Source: Lytechinus pictus
Lineage: Eukaryota
Assembly: GCF_037042905.1 (NCBI RefSeq)
Contig: NC_087249.1
Location: 8,620,001-8,684,000 of the forward strand
Length of the DNA stretch: 64,000 nt
Direction: 5' to 3'
The notes below the pieces were generated by a model. The model had not been told where the DNA came from. It saw only the letters and a list, made by a program, of their open reading frames with translations, and made no database searches. The translations under genes and the position numbers were made by a program. Of the stretch, positions 1 to 10,857 are shown piece after piece (the stretch's first letter is position 1; the number at the start of each line of letters is the position of its first letter).

Positions 1-700
1 CGGAGTATGGGAGAGAATGATTTTTTTTTCAAATCCTTTCATTGTGTGCTACAAAGGTTATGGTGCCTTTAAACAGTGCCATACAGATGGATGGGGGCTC
101 GGGGATGCCCCCCCCCCCCCCCCCACACAAATATCAAAAAATCATGACCAAGAAAAAAAGTGGAAAGGAAATAAAATTAAAGATAGAAAGTGAAATATGA
201 TATTATTTTCTGAATATTATGTCAAAATCTATCACAAAATTGGATAGTGTAATAAAAAAGTTGAAAATTTTGCTTGCTCGCCTCACTCGCTCACAACTTT
301 TTAATACATTTTACCCAATCTGCCATATCTAGCTCCTTCGAAATTGACTCAAACACAATTGCCATTGAAAGATATAAATCATTTCCTGCTTATCCTGTCA
401 AGCACATAATTAAACTTGGTCAAGGAATCAATAACCCCTTGAAAAATGGATTCATGTCTTTTAAAGGTACCATAACATAATTTGTTTCACATAATAAAGG
501 ATTTAAATAATTACAAGTTTTCGCAATTAATAATGCAAATCTTCTTGCATGGGTTGACAAAAAAGTATTTTTTTTTCTTACTTATGAAGGAAAATTCAAT
601 GGTAAGAGGTTTAAATGAAAAAACAAAATAATTCAAGTAAATAAATAAATTTGTAAATAAAATTTGACAGCATAATTGAGCAAGTGGAATGCCTCTGGCA

Positions 701-2011
701 GTCTCACCTGCATCACGCGATTCAATATAGCAGCAGTGCTCAGTTTGAAAATAATATAAAATAATTATTCACAAAAAACACCATTCATATTATGATACAA
801 TACTACGTTCATTTGAAATCTAAAACTTGTCAGTGATACTTGATTACCCCTATACATGTACATGTATATCCACATTTTATACACTATATCTATAAACTTT
901 GAGAGTTGTGACAGCAATCTAATAGTTACCTCTAAAATGGCCAAAGTTCAATGACCTTAAATGACCTTTGACTTTAGTCATGTGACCTGAAACTCGCATG
1001 AGATGTTCAGTGATACTTGATGACTCTTATGTCCAAGTTTTATGAACTAGACCGATATACTTACAGAGTTATGATGGTAATTCAACAAATATCCCCAACA
1101 TGGCCAAAGTCCATTGACCTATGACCTTGGTCATGTGACCTGAAACTCGCACAAGATGTTCAGTGATACTTGGCTACTCTTATGTCCACGTTTTATGAAC
1201 TAGGCCAATACACTTACAGAGATATGATGGTAATTCAACAAATACCCCCAACATTGAGAAAGTTCATTGACCTTAAATGACCTTTGACCTTGGTCATGTG
1301 ACCTGAAACTCGGACGGGATATTCAAAGATACTTGATTACTCTTATGTCCAAGTTTTATGAACTAGACCAATAAACTTTCAAAGTTATGATGGTAATTCA
1401 ACAAATGCCCCCAATTTGGCCAAAGTTCATTGACCCTAAATGACCTTTGACCTTAATTATGTGACCTGAAACTTGCACAGGATGTTCAGTGATACTTGAT
1501 TACTCTTATATCCAAGTTTCATGAATCAGATCCATAGACTTTCAAAGTTATGATGGTAATTCAACAGTTACCCCAATTTGGCCAAAGTTCATTGACCCTA
1601 AATGACCTTTGACCTTGGTCATGTGATGTAAAACTCAAGCAGGATGTTCTGTGATACTTGTTTAAACCTTATGTCCAAGTTTCATGAACTAGGTCCATAT
1701 ATTTTATAAGTTATGATGACATTTCAAAAGCTTAACCTTAGGTTAAGATTTCGATGTTGATTCCCCCAACATGGTCTAAGTTCATTGACCCTAAATGACC
1801 TTTGACCTTGGTCATGTGACCTGAAACTCAGGCAGGATGTTCAGTAATACTTGATTAACTTTATGGCCAAGTTTCATGAACTAGGTCCATATACTTTCTA
1901 AGTTATGCTGTCATTTCAAAAACTTAACCTTTGGTTAAGATTTGGTGTTGACGCCGCCGTCGCCGTCGGAAAAGCGGCGCCAATAGTCTCACTCTGCTAT
2001 GCAGGTGAGAC
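701..2011. mobile_element. Helentron/HINE-like non-autonomous element with internal tandem repeats
   Basis: Subterminal inverted repeats GTCTCACCTGCAT (701-713) and ATGCAGGTGAGAC (1999-2011). A partial inverse copy at 1986-1997 forms a terminal hairpin, there is a GC-rich palindromic stretch at ~1952-1980, the element has a central tandem array, and no TSD is evident. Confidence 0.65.
940..1905. repeat. Tandem array of about 6 copies of a ~160-bp unit rich in TGACCT
   Basis: The motif aaagttcattgacc..aaatgacctttgaccttggtcatgtgacctgaaactc recurs near 943, 1106, 1259, 1422, 1584 and 1778. Confidence 0.9.
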
Positions 2012-2039
2012 AAAAATTATGGCAAAGATAATAAAAAGG

Positions 2040-3030
2040 TTAAAGGGGAATCCAACCCAAATAAAAACTTGTTTTTATAAGGAAAAGAAAAATCAGACAA
2101 GTTGATAGGTGAAAGTTTGAACAATATTAGACAAACAACAAGAAAGTTATGAATTTTTTAAAGTTGTAAATATTGGTAATCACTATACCCATGGAGACTT
2201 CAAATTGGCTGCATATGGGATGTCCTAGTGATGTAAGGCAAGGACTACTCTTCCATGTACTCCAATACATATTAAGGCTAAAATGTCACTTTTCCCAAAA
2301 GTTTTATTTCAAATTATACTTTTCTTTCATGAGGACATAAAACAATACTACATGTACCTGGGTTATATTTGGATTACTGCCCCAAGGGAATGGGTACTTC
2401 GGAGAAAACCACAAATCCCTGATAATAAAGTACATGGCCTATGGGAAAGTCGTCCTTGTCCCTTGTCATAATTTACTTACCCAGTTGCCAATTTGAAATC
2501 TACATAGTATGATACCCCTTTCATAAACCCAATAAAACCTATCCTCCAATTAGCCGCCTAAGAGTAATGCGGATAATTCAATAAAAATTGCGTTCACAAA
2601 CTCCGAAAATTATCCGCATTATTTTTACGAGCACCCGTCCTGAAAAAGGCGGATAATCGTCATGACAACTGGACACGCCCCCTCCGATGCGGTTGTGTTG
2701 GAAAAGGGTGACCTTGTGACCACACCATGGCAATTATCCGCATTATTTGGAAATACGTTCATAAACTCAAAATCTTGTCCCGATGCCGCTATTATGCGGA
2801 TAATAGCAGCATCAGAATAATGCGGATAACTCTTGTCCTCCTCTGATTTAAAGACCAAATTATGCTGCTATTAGCCGCATAATTGGGTTTTATTGGGTTT
2901 ATGAAAGGGGTATTAGTGATCTCCATTTTAAAGCAGCTATAACTTTCTTATTGCTTGTCCGATTTCTTTCAAACTTTCACCATTCTTTTTAATTTATTTT
3001 TCTCCTTCCAAACACAACATTTTATGGCCA
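2040..3030. mobile_element. TTAA-flanked (Kolobok-like) MITE, right end lost
   Basis: Starts ttaaaggggaatccaacc. The segment 2108-2190 (ggtgaaagttt..aagaaagttat) is inverted at 2914-2980, but the terminal right TIR is missing. Confidence 0.6.
2512..2913. mobile_element. MITE nested in the TTAA element
   Basis: 28-bp perfect TIR: atacccctttcataaacccaataaaacc / ggttttattgggtttatgaaaggggtat. Confidence 0.85.
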
Positions 3031-3418
3031 AGTCTGCTGATAAGCAAGAGGTCTGATCCTCATACTACTCATATTCTGCCATTTTGGCGCAAGCCTCTCT
3101 TTGTACCGCCGACAAAAACGTCCCGTGTTCGCTCAAGCATGAACAAAGTTTATTTTTTGTAATGGCATTTCAAAGATAAGATTTCAGAGCATTTATTAAC
3201 ATCAAAATATAGATATCATAATTTGAAACAAATTTTTTATAGACTTTTCAAAACTGTCCCGTTTTTTTTATACGCACTGTAGATCATAACCCAACTTACA
3301 AGACAAAGTAGAGGATAGCAAAGATCTTGATTGTGATTTGTTGATATTCTGTAGTCAAAATATATAAATATATCATGTCAAGTAGAAACAAGTGAGTTTA
3401 TACTGATTTTGTTTAATA

Positions 3419-3523
3419 CCGTATTTTCCGGAATATAAACCGCAGCCGTGTATAAACCGCACCCCCAATTTTGGACGATTCCCCTAACGGAAAAAGGAGC
3501 GGTTTATATTCCAGAAAATATGG
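3419..3523. mobile_element. Tc1/mariner-type mini-MITE
   Basis: TIRs ccgtattttccggaatataaaccgc / gcggtttatattccagaaaatatgg, flanked by TA on both sides. Confidence 0.8.
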
Positions 3524-4590
3524 TACACAATAGGGGCAAACAAGTTTTGTACATGTAGGTAAAACTTTACGCCCACAACAAGGTATGCTAGGTATTACTT
3601 TTATTGTTATTATGCACGCACTATTGTTTACTTGATTTTGTTAATACTACATGTATCAAGTTATCATCATCATTATCCTTATTAAGCATGTAACGATGAC
3701 CATTGCATGCTCCAATAACTTCACAGTTCACACCCCTGTATGTACCACAGCTCGTTGCATTCCCTTTTCCTTTCTAATACATAATTTATCAAAATATAGA
3801 TCTATGATTGATCTAAGTTTTGATAATGATCAGAATCTAGCAATCAACACCACATTGGGGCAATTTTAAGAACATAAAGAATCATTAAAAATCTAAAGTT
3901 GTCTAAATCCCCATTTTGGGGGGAATAACATAGGAATAAGCCAAGGTCCCTCACAGTTGTGTGAGCTGGCTCACCGTCTGTTTATGTTTAGGAGAAACTT
4001 AAAAAAAAAAAAATTTAATCTATCTCGTTTAAATTAAAACTCCTCCAAACAGACGGATTTCTTAAGCTGTCTAGTGTCTATTCATTTATCATGTTCCGGT
4101 ACAAATGGTTTAGTTTTGCACATTCAATTAAATGTTGAAACTTTTCTGCTGGGGCATGAAACGCTAGAGTGAGACTTTTACTAGACATCACTTTATACCA
4201 CCAGGAGCTAGACATAAAGGAACAGAAGATCCTGTGTCCATAACTGAATACAAGTTATGTACACTTGTGAAATTTTTTCTTTTTTGTAAATTTTACTTTT
4301 TATAGTTGGAGGTTCAGCACAGGCCACAGCGCACAAGTCTCAAAATATGTTAAATATTTCAATGTTAAAACAATTTATTGAGAAATCCATTATTCATTAT
4401 TTTAGCAGGGCCTACAATACGATTTAAAATGTAAGAAATTCGTATATATTCTCCAATAATGATCCGTGGACGTCTCGCTCATCTCATCAGCATCAGTGTG
4501 TTGGCTTTGGTCGTCGCGAGGATCAGTGGTGCAGAGGCCGCCAGCCGGTCAGGCCTGGCAAACAAACAAACGAACACTGACGTCTCTCGG

Positions 4591-5271
4591 TAGGGTGTCT
4601 GAAGCCACACTGAAAAGTGTCAGCATAAAACAGGCTAATTTAGGGGAAAATATGGCACATTTTTTCGGGGAAGTTCAGGCTACTAGAAAAATGTGATCTG
4701 AATTGATTATTAACTTGTGTTTGGCATGTATGGAAAGAGAAAATTCAGGGGCTTCTTCTGACAGTAAGGACAAGTTTATATGATCATTTTAAATAAGGAT
4801 TTAGAGATAAATTGCAAACCCTTATTTTTGTGTGTGTTGAAATTGCCATTTCTCCATGCGTTTTCTATGGGAAAATGAAATTTCTGTTTTGCACAATTTT
4901 TTTCACTTTGTCGCAGTTTTTCATTGTGATCTGGTTTCCAAATCTTTATAAAAATCATACCATCAGATAGAGCATAAAAAATCCTATTGGACTCTTTATG
5001 GACAAGTTTTTGGCATTAATAATAAATTTATAACAGCTCTCGGAAGCTAAAAATTTGGATTTGTGTGTGTCCATTTCTTAACTACACATTCTATGGCAGA
5101 GAAATGCTGAAAATTTACCCAATTTCATTCTTCTTTTTTGCAGCCAATAATTGGATTTTTTTCAAAAATGTTACATTTCTGTCAGTCTGAAGGTCATTTC
5201 TCTTCAAATTCACAAAGAAATGTGATATTTTCTTGAAATAAGAAAAATAATTTTTTTCTCCAGACACCCTA
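4591..5271. mobile_element. hAT-like non-autonomous DNA transposon
   Basis: TIRs tagggtgtctg / cagacacccta. Direct repeat ctctcgg at 4584-4590 and 5272-5278. Confidence 0.8.
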
Positions 5272-6083
5272 CTCTCGGTCTCAGTCTCACTCTCGCCTCT
5301 CGGGTTTTTTTTTTCTAAGTAAACATGTCAAAACTGTCCCACTTCCGAACACTGCATAGGAACAATGATAAGAATGAAAAGATCACATTCTTACCTCGTC
5401 TTCAGAAGGTAGATGCCTTTATCCAGAAGTTAAGAAATATGCGTCTTTTTCCGTTTTCCGGGGACGAATGATTTTCTCTTGTACCAGTGCCATGCAAGCT
5501 AGCTAGCTTAGCTCAGCTCGCAGCATATATTTGAGGCGGCGACGCAGACTAGACTCACCGCTTCCTAAAGGGAGCGGCTTTATGTTATATTTATATGCAA
5601 AGTTTAAATGTCCATATACACCAGCAAAGCGCGAAATTGTAACATAATTACTTCCGTATTTTGCTCAAAAACTGGGTTAGACTTTAATCAAGACAGCAGT
5701 ATTTTATTTGGAGTAAATAATAAAAAAAGGCTCACGCAATCCAAAAACAACAGTGCAGTTTTAGAGAGCGTGCACGTGATGAGGATCTAAGCAGATGATC
5801 CAGGGGAGGCGGGGGGTTGACATGAGGTCAGCTTATTGGAACATTGGAAGAAGAAAAATGCCCCTACCCCTACCTAGACGTAGACCAAAAGCTTCGGTCT
5901 CTGTTATGTTGGTTGTTCCGCTGAACTCCGTTGGCTCCACTCACCAAATACAGAGGAGAAATTTTATTTTAAAAATGTTAAAAAACTCTAGATCCTCGAA
6001 ACAGACGGCTGCCAGCTGTCTAACCCCTACCATACAGAGGCGTCGATCCTGGGGGGGGGGGGCAGGGGGGGCGATCGCCCCAC

Positions 6084-6115
<32 letters not shown>

Positions 6116-7020
6116 TTATTTGGCAAGTCACCATAACATATATACAGTAGCACAACAGGCTTGCACAGGATGACCCACGAAAGCTCGAAAGCTTATTTCC
6201 AGTGGGGTCCTCAATATACAGAATTAAGATAATAAAATGTTAAAATTATACTATTTACATATTAAAAATGAAGAAAAAAAATCAGAATTTACTATTACCA
6301 ATAAATAAGATATATAGACAATAAATAAGATATATACAAGAATATAACGAAGAAGAAGAAGAAAAGAAGGAGAAGGAAGAGGAGGAACAGAAGAAGAGAG
6401 GGGACGAGGAGTAGAAGGAGACGGAAGAAACTGATAACGAAGGGAAATAAATAAGGAGAACAACAACAGCATAAACGTGACGACAATAACAACAAGAAGA
6501 GGAGAATAGGAAGAAATAAAAGAAATAGAAAGAATAGAAGAAAGGACATATCGAAGCTTCAATCAAACTATGTAAAATACATAATAATTTTTTTTCAATT
6601 CAATTCAATTCATGTATTTTCTCTTTCAATCTTTTTACATTTACAATGATAGTTCAATATACATATTTACAAAATATAACATTTAAATCATTTTTTTTAT
6701 AATACAATAATACCATGAAATCGAAAGGGAAGGAGACCAACTAAAAAGCAGAGCTTGTAGGGTGAAGGCCCCCTTTTATAAGTAAATTTTATGAATTAAA
6801 AATAAGATAAAATAAAGAAATAAACAATATATATATATATATATAATGAATAAAAAAATTAAAAGAATAAAAATTAAATTAAATAATAATAAAAATAAAT
6901 GATTCAGTATACACTGTATACAGAAATCATAAAACGATTAAACATATATACAAAGAGAAATTAATAAACACATTTACATATTAAGTTCTGAATTACATTA
7001 CTTTGGGAAAAAACGATAAT

Positions 7021-10000
7021 CTAATATGAATTCAGAAGATATTTTTTAAGTTTTCCTTTGAAATTGTGTATTGAATTACATTGTATAATATCCTTTGAAA
7101 AAGAATTCCATAATTTTGGACCAGTAAAAACAAATGTCTTCTGTGCAAACGATGTTCTATTCAGAGGTAAATGAAAGGAACTCGCCTGGCGAGTGAAGTG
7201 TTTATGAATTGTATCATTTTTTATAAACATATTATTAAAAGGTAACGGTAATTGTTTATTGATAAACTTGAACATTAACTGTCCGAGTTGAAAAGAATAT
7301 AAATCTTTAATCTTCAAGACTTTATTTCTCAAAAACAGAATATTTGTATGTGCCCTGAATTCTGCATGACTAATAATACGAATCACTCTTTTTTGTAAAA
7401 TAAAAAGTCTATTAATTTGATAGTTCGCTGCATTACCCCACGCAACAACTCCGTAATTCAAGTAAGGTAAAATTAACGTTGAATACAATGATAACAAAAT
7501 ATAATGGGGTAAGAAGTAACTTAATTTTCTAATGACACCGATGTTGCGAGCAATGATTTTACAAATATTATCAATATGTGCTTTCCAAGAAAGTTTGTCG
7601 TCAATGATCAGTCCCAAAAATTTAGTAGATCGCACTCTTTGAATGACAATATCATTTAAAATTACATCTTTTGGTACACTCGTAATCTTGTTGCTAAATA
7701 GCATGTAGCTAGTTTTTTCTAGGTTAAGAGAGAGTTTGTTAGCTGTTATCCAATTAGACACATTTTTTAGTTCGTCATTGAATATTTGCGTCAATTGCTC
7801 TGGGTCGGGGTGCGACAGAAATATATTAGAGTCATCAGCGAAAAGTATAAATTGGAGCAATCTAGATGACATATCAATATCATTTATATAAGTAATGAAC
7901 AAAAGTGGGCCAAGAATGCTGCCCTGTGGAACTCCACAAAGGACAGGTTTACGTTCAGAAATATTACAATCAAGTGAAACGAACTGTGAACGCCCGGTTA
8001 GATAATTCTTGAACCACTTTAGTGGTTCCCCTCTTATTCCATAATGAGAAAGTTTATAAAGGAGAATGTTATGATCAACTGTATCGAATGCTTTTGAAAA
8101 ATCTAAAAACAAACCAATCGTATTCGAAGACTTGTCATAAGCTTTGGCAACTGTTTGAACCAAAGAAAGTATTGCGTGGGAAGTGCTACTCTTTTCCCGG
8201 AAACCAAATTGAGTATCGGATAGGATGTTGTGCTTTTTAAAAAAACATATGGTTCGTATGTGAACCAATTTTTCAAGAATTTTAGATAAGTTTGTAAGCA
8301 ATGAAATCGGTCTGTAATTACTTGCTAAAGAACTATCACCTTTTTTTAAGACTGGTATTATCTTAGAAATTTTCATTGATTTTGGAATATTTCCCGATGA
8401 TAATGACAAATTGAATATATAAATAAGAGGGTCAATTATATAATTCATAGTTTTTAGTAAAAGGTTGTTATCAATGTTATCAAATCCTGCACTTTTATTT
8501 GATTTTAGGCTAGATATAATTTTAATTATCTCCTGTGCGTTCGTAGGAGAGAAAAACATAGAACTTTGATTTCTATCCCCCAGATATTGATGAAATGAAT
8601 GGGAGTTTGTTGGTATACTTCTAGAGAGCTTAAATCCAACTTGTGAAAAGTAATTGTTGAAAATATTTGCCATCTGAACTTTATCTTCAATAATAGAATC
8701 ATTATGCATAAGCTTAGTTATCTTTGAAAACTTTGGTCCATTATTGATGGTAGAATTGATCAATTTCCATGTTTTTTTAAGATCATTCTTGCATTGATTA
8801 AATTGATCATGGTAATATGCCTTTTTAGCAGTACGGATGACCCCTGTAAGTGTATTCTTATAATTAGTATATTGGCTCCGAGTATTCTCAGTTAATCTTG
8901 ATATATATTTATAGTATAATCGATTTTTTCTATTTATCGAACGAAGAATTGAATTCGTTATCCAAGGTAGTCTGGGTGATCTTTTATAATTTTTGGACTT
9001 GGGCTTTGCAAAGGGAATATTTTCATTAACATGACTCATGAAGATATCAATAAATGTTTCGTAGGACTCGTCAACACATTCTGTACTAAATACATCATCC
9101 CAAGATTCTTCTTCTAAACTCTGTTTCAAACGAGATATATTTATATCATTATACACACGCCTCTTAGATACGTAATCGGGAAGTTTGTTTGGCTGATATT
9201 GATTAGAACAATACATGAAAATTGGGAAATGATCAGACATGTCTGAAATAATTATACCAGCTTTAAATTCTGAACGTATATTGGAGAAAAAATTGTCAAT
9301 CAGAGTTGCGGAAGTATTAGTGATTCTAGTGGGTCGAGAAATAAGTGGCAAAAAGGAGGCAGAAAGGAATGTCTCTAAAAAGTCATTTGCAAAAATATTA
9401 GTATCACTCGCTAACAGGTCATAGTTAAAGTCTCCCATTATGATACATCTTTTGTTTTGAACAGAATGATAATGTAGTAAATTATTTAAAGTGTCTAGAA
9501 AATCAGCACTATTGCTGCGAGGAGGCTTATAAACAACTCCCAATACAGTTTTTCTGTTATCACGATCACTAATTTCAATAAATAAAGTTTCTGCAGTTTC
9601 ATTCATTAAATTCATGTCTTCGATAATAACATACTCAAATTGACTCGGCACAAAAATTGCAACACCACCACCAATTTTATCAACACGATTATTTGTAAGT
9701 ATATCATAACCTGGGAGTGCATTCATATTAATATATTTATCTGACAGCCATGTCTCAGTTAAACCTATTACTGTATTTTGGGGAACACCTGAGTTATCTA
9801 AAAATAAACGAAATTGTTCAAAATTCTTGTTAAGGCTTCTGATATTTAGATGCAAAATAGACAAGCAGGAAGAAGGTAAACCTTTGAAAATGTTTTTGGC
9901 TGAAGCCTGAGTGTAGTAGTTTGAGGATATGACACTCGAAGCCCCATCATTTGGATCTAAATCAATTTTAAGTTCATCATTGTTAGCTCCAATATTATTA

Positions 10001-10053
10001 ATAACATCATTGGAATCATTGGAAATGTTCGTAATCATATCAAAGTCAATCAT
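7021..10053 (-). CDS. LINE ORF2: APE endonuclease + reverse transcriptase (1010 aa, uninterrupted)
   Basis: EN motifs HLNIRS, LTETW, GGGV, GDFN, IDN, SDH. RT motifs NYRPISLL, QFGFR, LDFSKAFD, GVPQGSILGP, FADD, FLG. Confidence 0.95.
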   Translation of the reverse strand: MIDFDMITNISNDSNDVINNIGANNDELKIDLDPNDGASSVISSNYYTQASAKNIFKGLPSSCLSILHLNIRSLNKNFEQFRLFLDNSGVPQNTVIGLTETWLSDKYINMNALPGYDILTNNRVDKIGGGVAIFVPSQFEYVIIEDMNLMNETAETLFIEISDRDNRKTVLGVVYKPPRSNSADFLDTLNNLLHYHSVQNKRCIIMGDFNYDLLASDTNIFANDFLETFLSASFLPLISRPTRITNTSATLIDNFFSNIRSEFKAGIIISDMSDHFPIFMYCSNQYQPNKLPDYVSKRRVYNDINISRLKQSLEEESWDDVFSTECVDESYETFIDIFMSHVNENIPFAKPKSKNYKRSPRLPWITNSILRSINRKNRLYYKYISRLTENTRSQYTNYKNTLTGVIRTAKKAYYHDQFNQCKNDLKKTWKLINSTINNGPKFSKITKLMHNDSIIEDKVQMANIFNNYFSQVGFKLSRSIPTNSHSFHQYLGDRNQSSMFFSPTNAQEIIKIISSLKSNKSAGFDNIDNNLLLKTMNYIIDPLIYIFNLSLSSGNIPKSMKISKIIPVLKKGDSSLASNYRPISLLTNLSKILEKLVHIRTICFFKKHNILSDTQFGFREKSSTSHAILSLVQTVAKAYDKSSNTIGLFLDFSKAFDTVDHNILLYKLSHYGIRGEPLKWFKNYLTGRSQFVSLDCNISERKPVLCGVPQGSILGPLLFITYINDIDMSSRLLQFILFADDSNIFLSHPDPEQLTQIFNDELKNVSNWITANKLSLNLEKTSYMLFSNKITSVPKDVILNDIVIQRVRSTKFLGLIIDDKLSWKAHIDNICKIIARNIGVIRKLSYFLPHYILLSLYSTLILPYLNYGVVAWGNAANYQINRLFILQKRVIRIISHAEFRAHTNILFLRNKVLKIKDLYSFQLGQLMFKFINKQLPLPFNNMFIKNDTIHKHFTRQASSFHLPLNRTSFAQKTFVFTGPKLWNSFSKDIIQCNSIHNFKGKLKKYLLNSY

Positions 10054-10103
10054 TATTTACATAAAACACCAGTATAATATAAACATATATGCGTAAGAGA
10101 GTT

Positions 10104-10691
10104 TTACTTAATTTTGTTCAGATCCTCTTCTCGATGAATTGCAACCGGTGGAACATTCGGGCTCTTCCTCACCAGAATGGTGCCATTCACTGTCCATAAG
10201 AACATGTATCCCGCCTTCTTTCTCTCGTCATTCGCCTTCTTCAGGAGAGACTTCTTAGCTGGGGCTAGATTTTCGTTGAGAAACACCTTTCCTTCATCTC
10301 TTGAGAAACCCAGTTGACGGGTTGATGTTTCCCTCAGTTTTTTCCGGCCTGAGTATAGAGTATCCCTCATCCTTCTGGTCGTGAATCTAACGATGATTGG
10401 TCTGGCTGGACCACCTTCTCTTCTCTGACCAAGTCGATGTGTCACATCAATGTCGTCGTTGGATACCTCTGGTGAAATTTTCTTCATGACGTGAAGGACA
10501 GCCTCCCTCACATTCTCACCTTCCTTGTCAGGAACACCTGCCACTTCTAAGTTGATCCTTCTGTGATATTGATCCAAATCATTCACTTGGTGTTCAAGTG
10601 TCGTCATCTTTGCTTTCAGATCCTCATTTTCTTTCTTCATAGAAGCATTCTCACTACTCAGCCTTTTCACCTCGCAGGTGAGCTCATCCAC
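10104..10691 (-). CDS. LINE ORF1 (coiled coil + RRM + CTD, L1-ORF1-like), N-terminally truncated
   Basis: Heptad-rich segment followed by DQYHRRINLEVAGVP, IDVTHRLG, RPIIVRF, FLNENL, FLWTVNGTILVR. The frame stays open upstream to ~10820 (EDFIEIKSELQKL) with no Met. Confidence 0.85.
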   Translation of the reverse strand: MDELTCEVKRLSSENASMKKENEDLKAKMTTLEHQVNDLDQYHRRINLEVAGVPDKEGENVREAVLHVMKKISPEVSNDDIDVTHRLGQRREGGPARPIIVRFTTRRMRDTLYSGRKKLRETSTRQLGFSRDEGKVFLNENLAPAKKSLLKKANDERKKAGYMFLWTVNGTILVRKSPNVPPVAIHREEDLNKIK

Positions 10692-10857
10692 TTTATCGCT
10701 AAAGAACTCAGCAGATTTTCGAAGTTCATCTTGACCAGATTTAATTTCATTGAGTTGTGATGTTAGTGTTTTGTTTAGTTTTTGAAGTTCAGACTTGATT
10801 TCAATGAAATCTTCGTAGTAGAGAAGAGAAAAGAACTAGGTCAGTATTCAGGCTAAA

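Larger units (their letters stand above)
6594..10820 (-). mobile_element. 5'-truncated LINE (L2/Crack-like), 'LINE A'
   Basis: (TTGAA)n tail at ~6594-6611. The 3' UTR motif at 6731-6772 resembles the one downstream of LINE C (58165-58208). ORF2 is intact and the ORF1 frame is cut off near 10820. Confidence 0.8.

Noticed and set aside
6251..6566. Three overlapping hydrophobic ORFs
   Set aside because: Translations of a GAA/CTT-rich low-complexity tract in the LINE 3' UTR.
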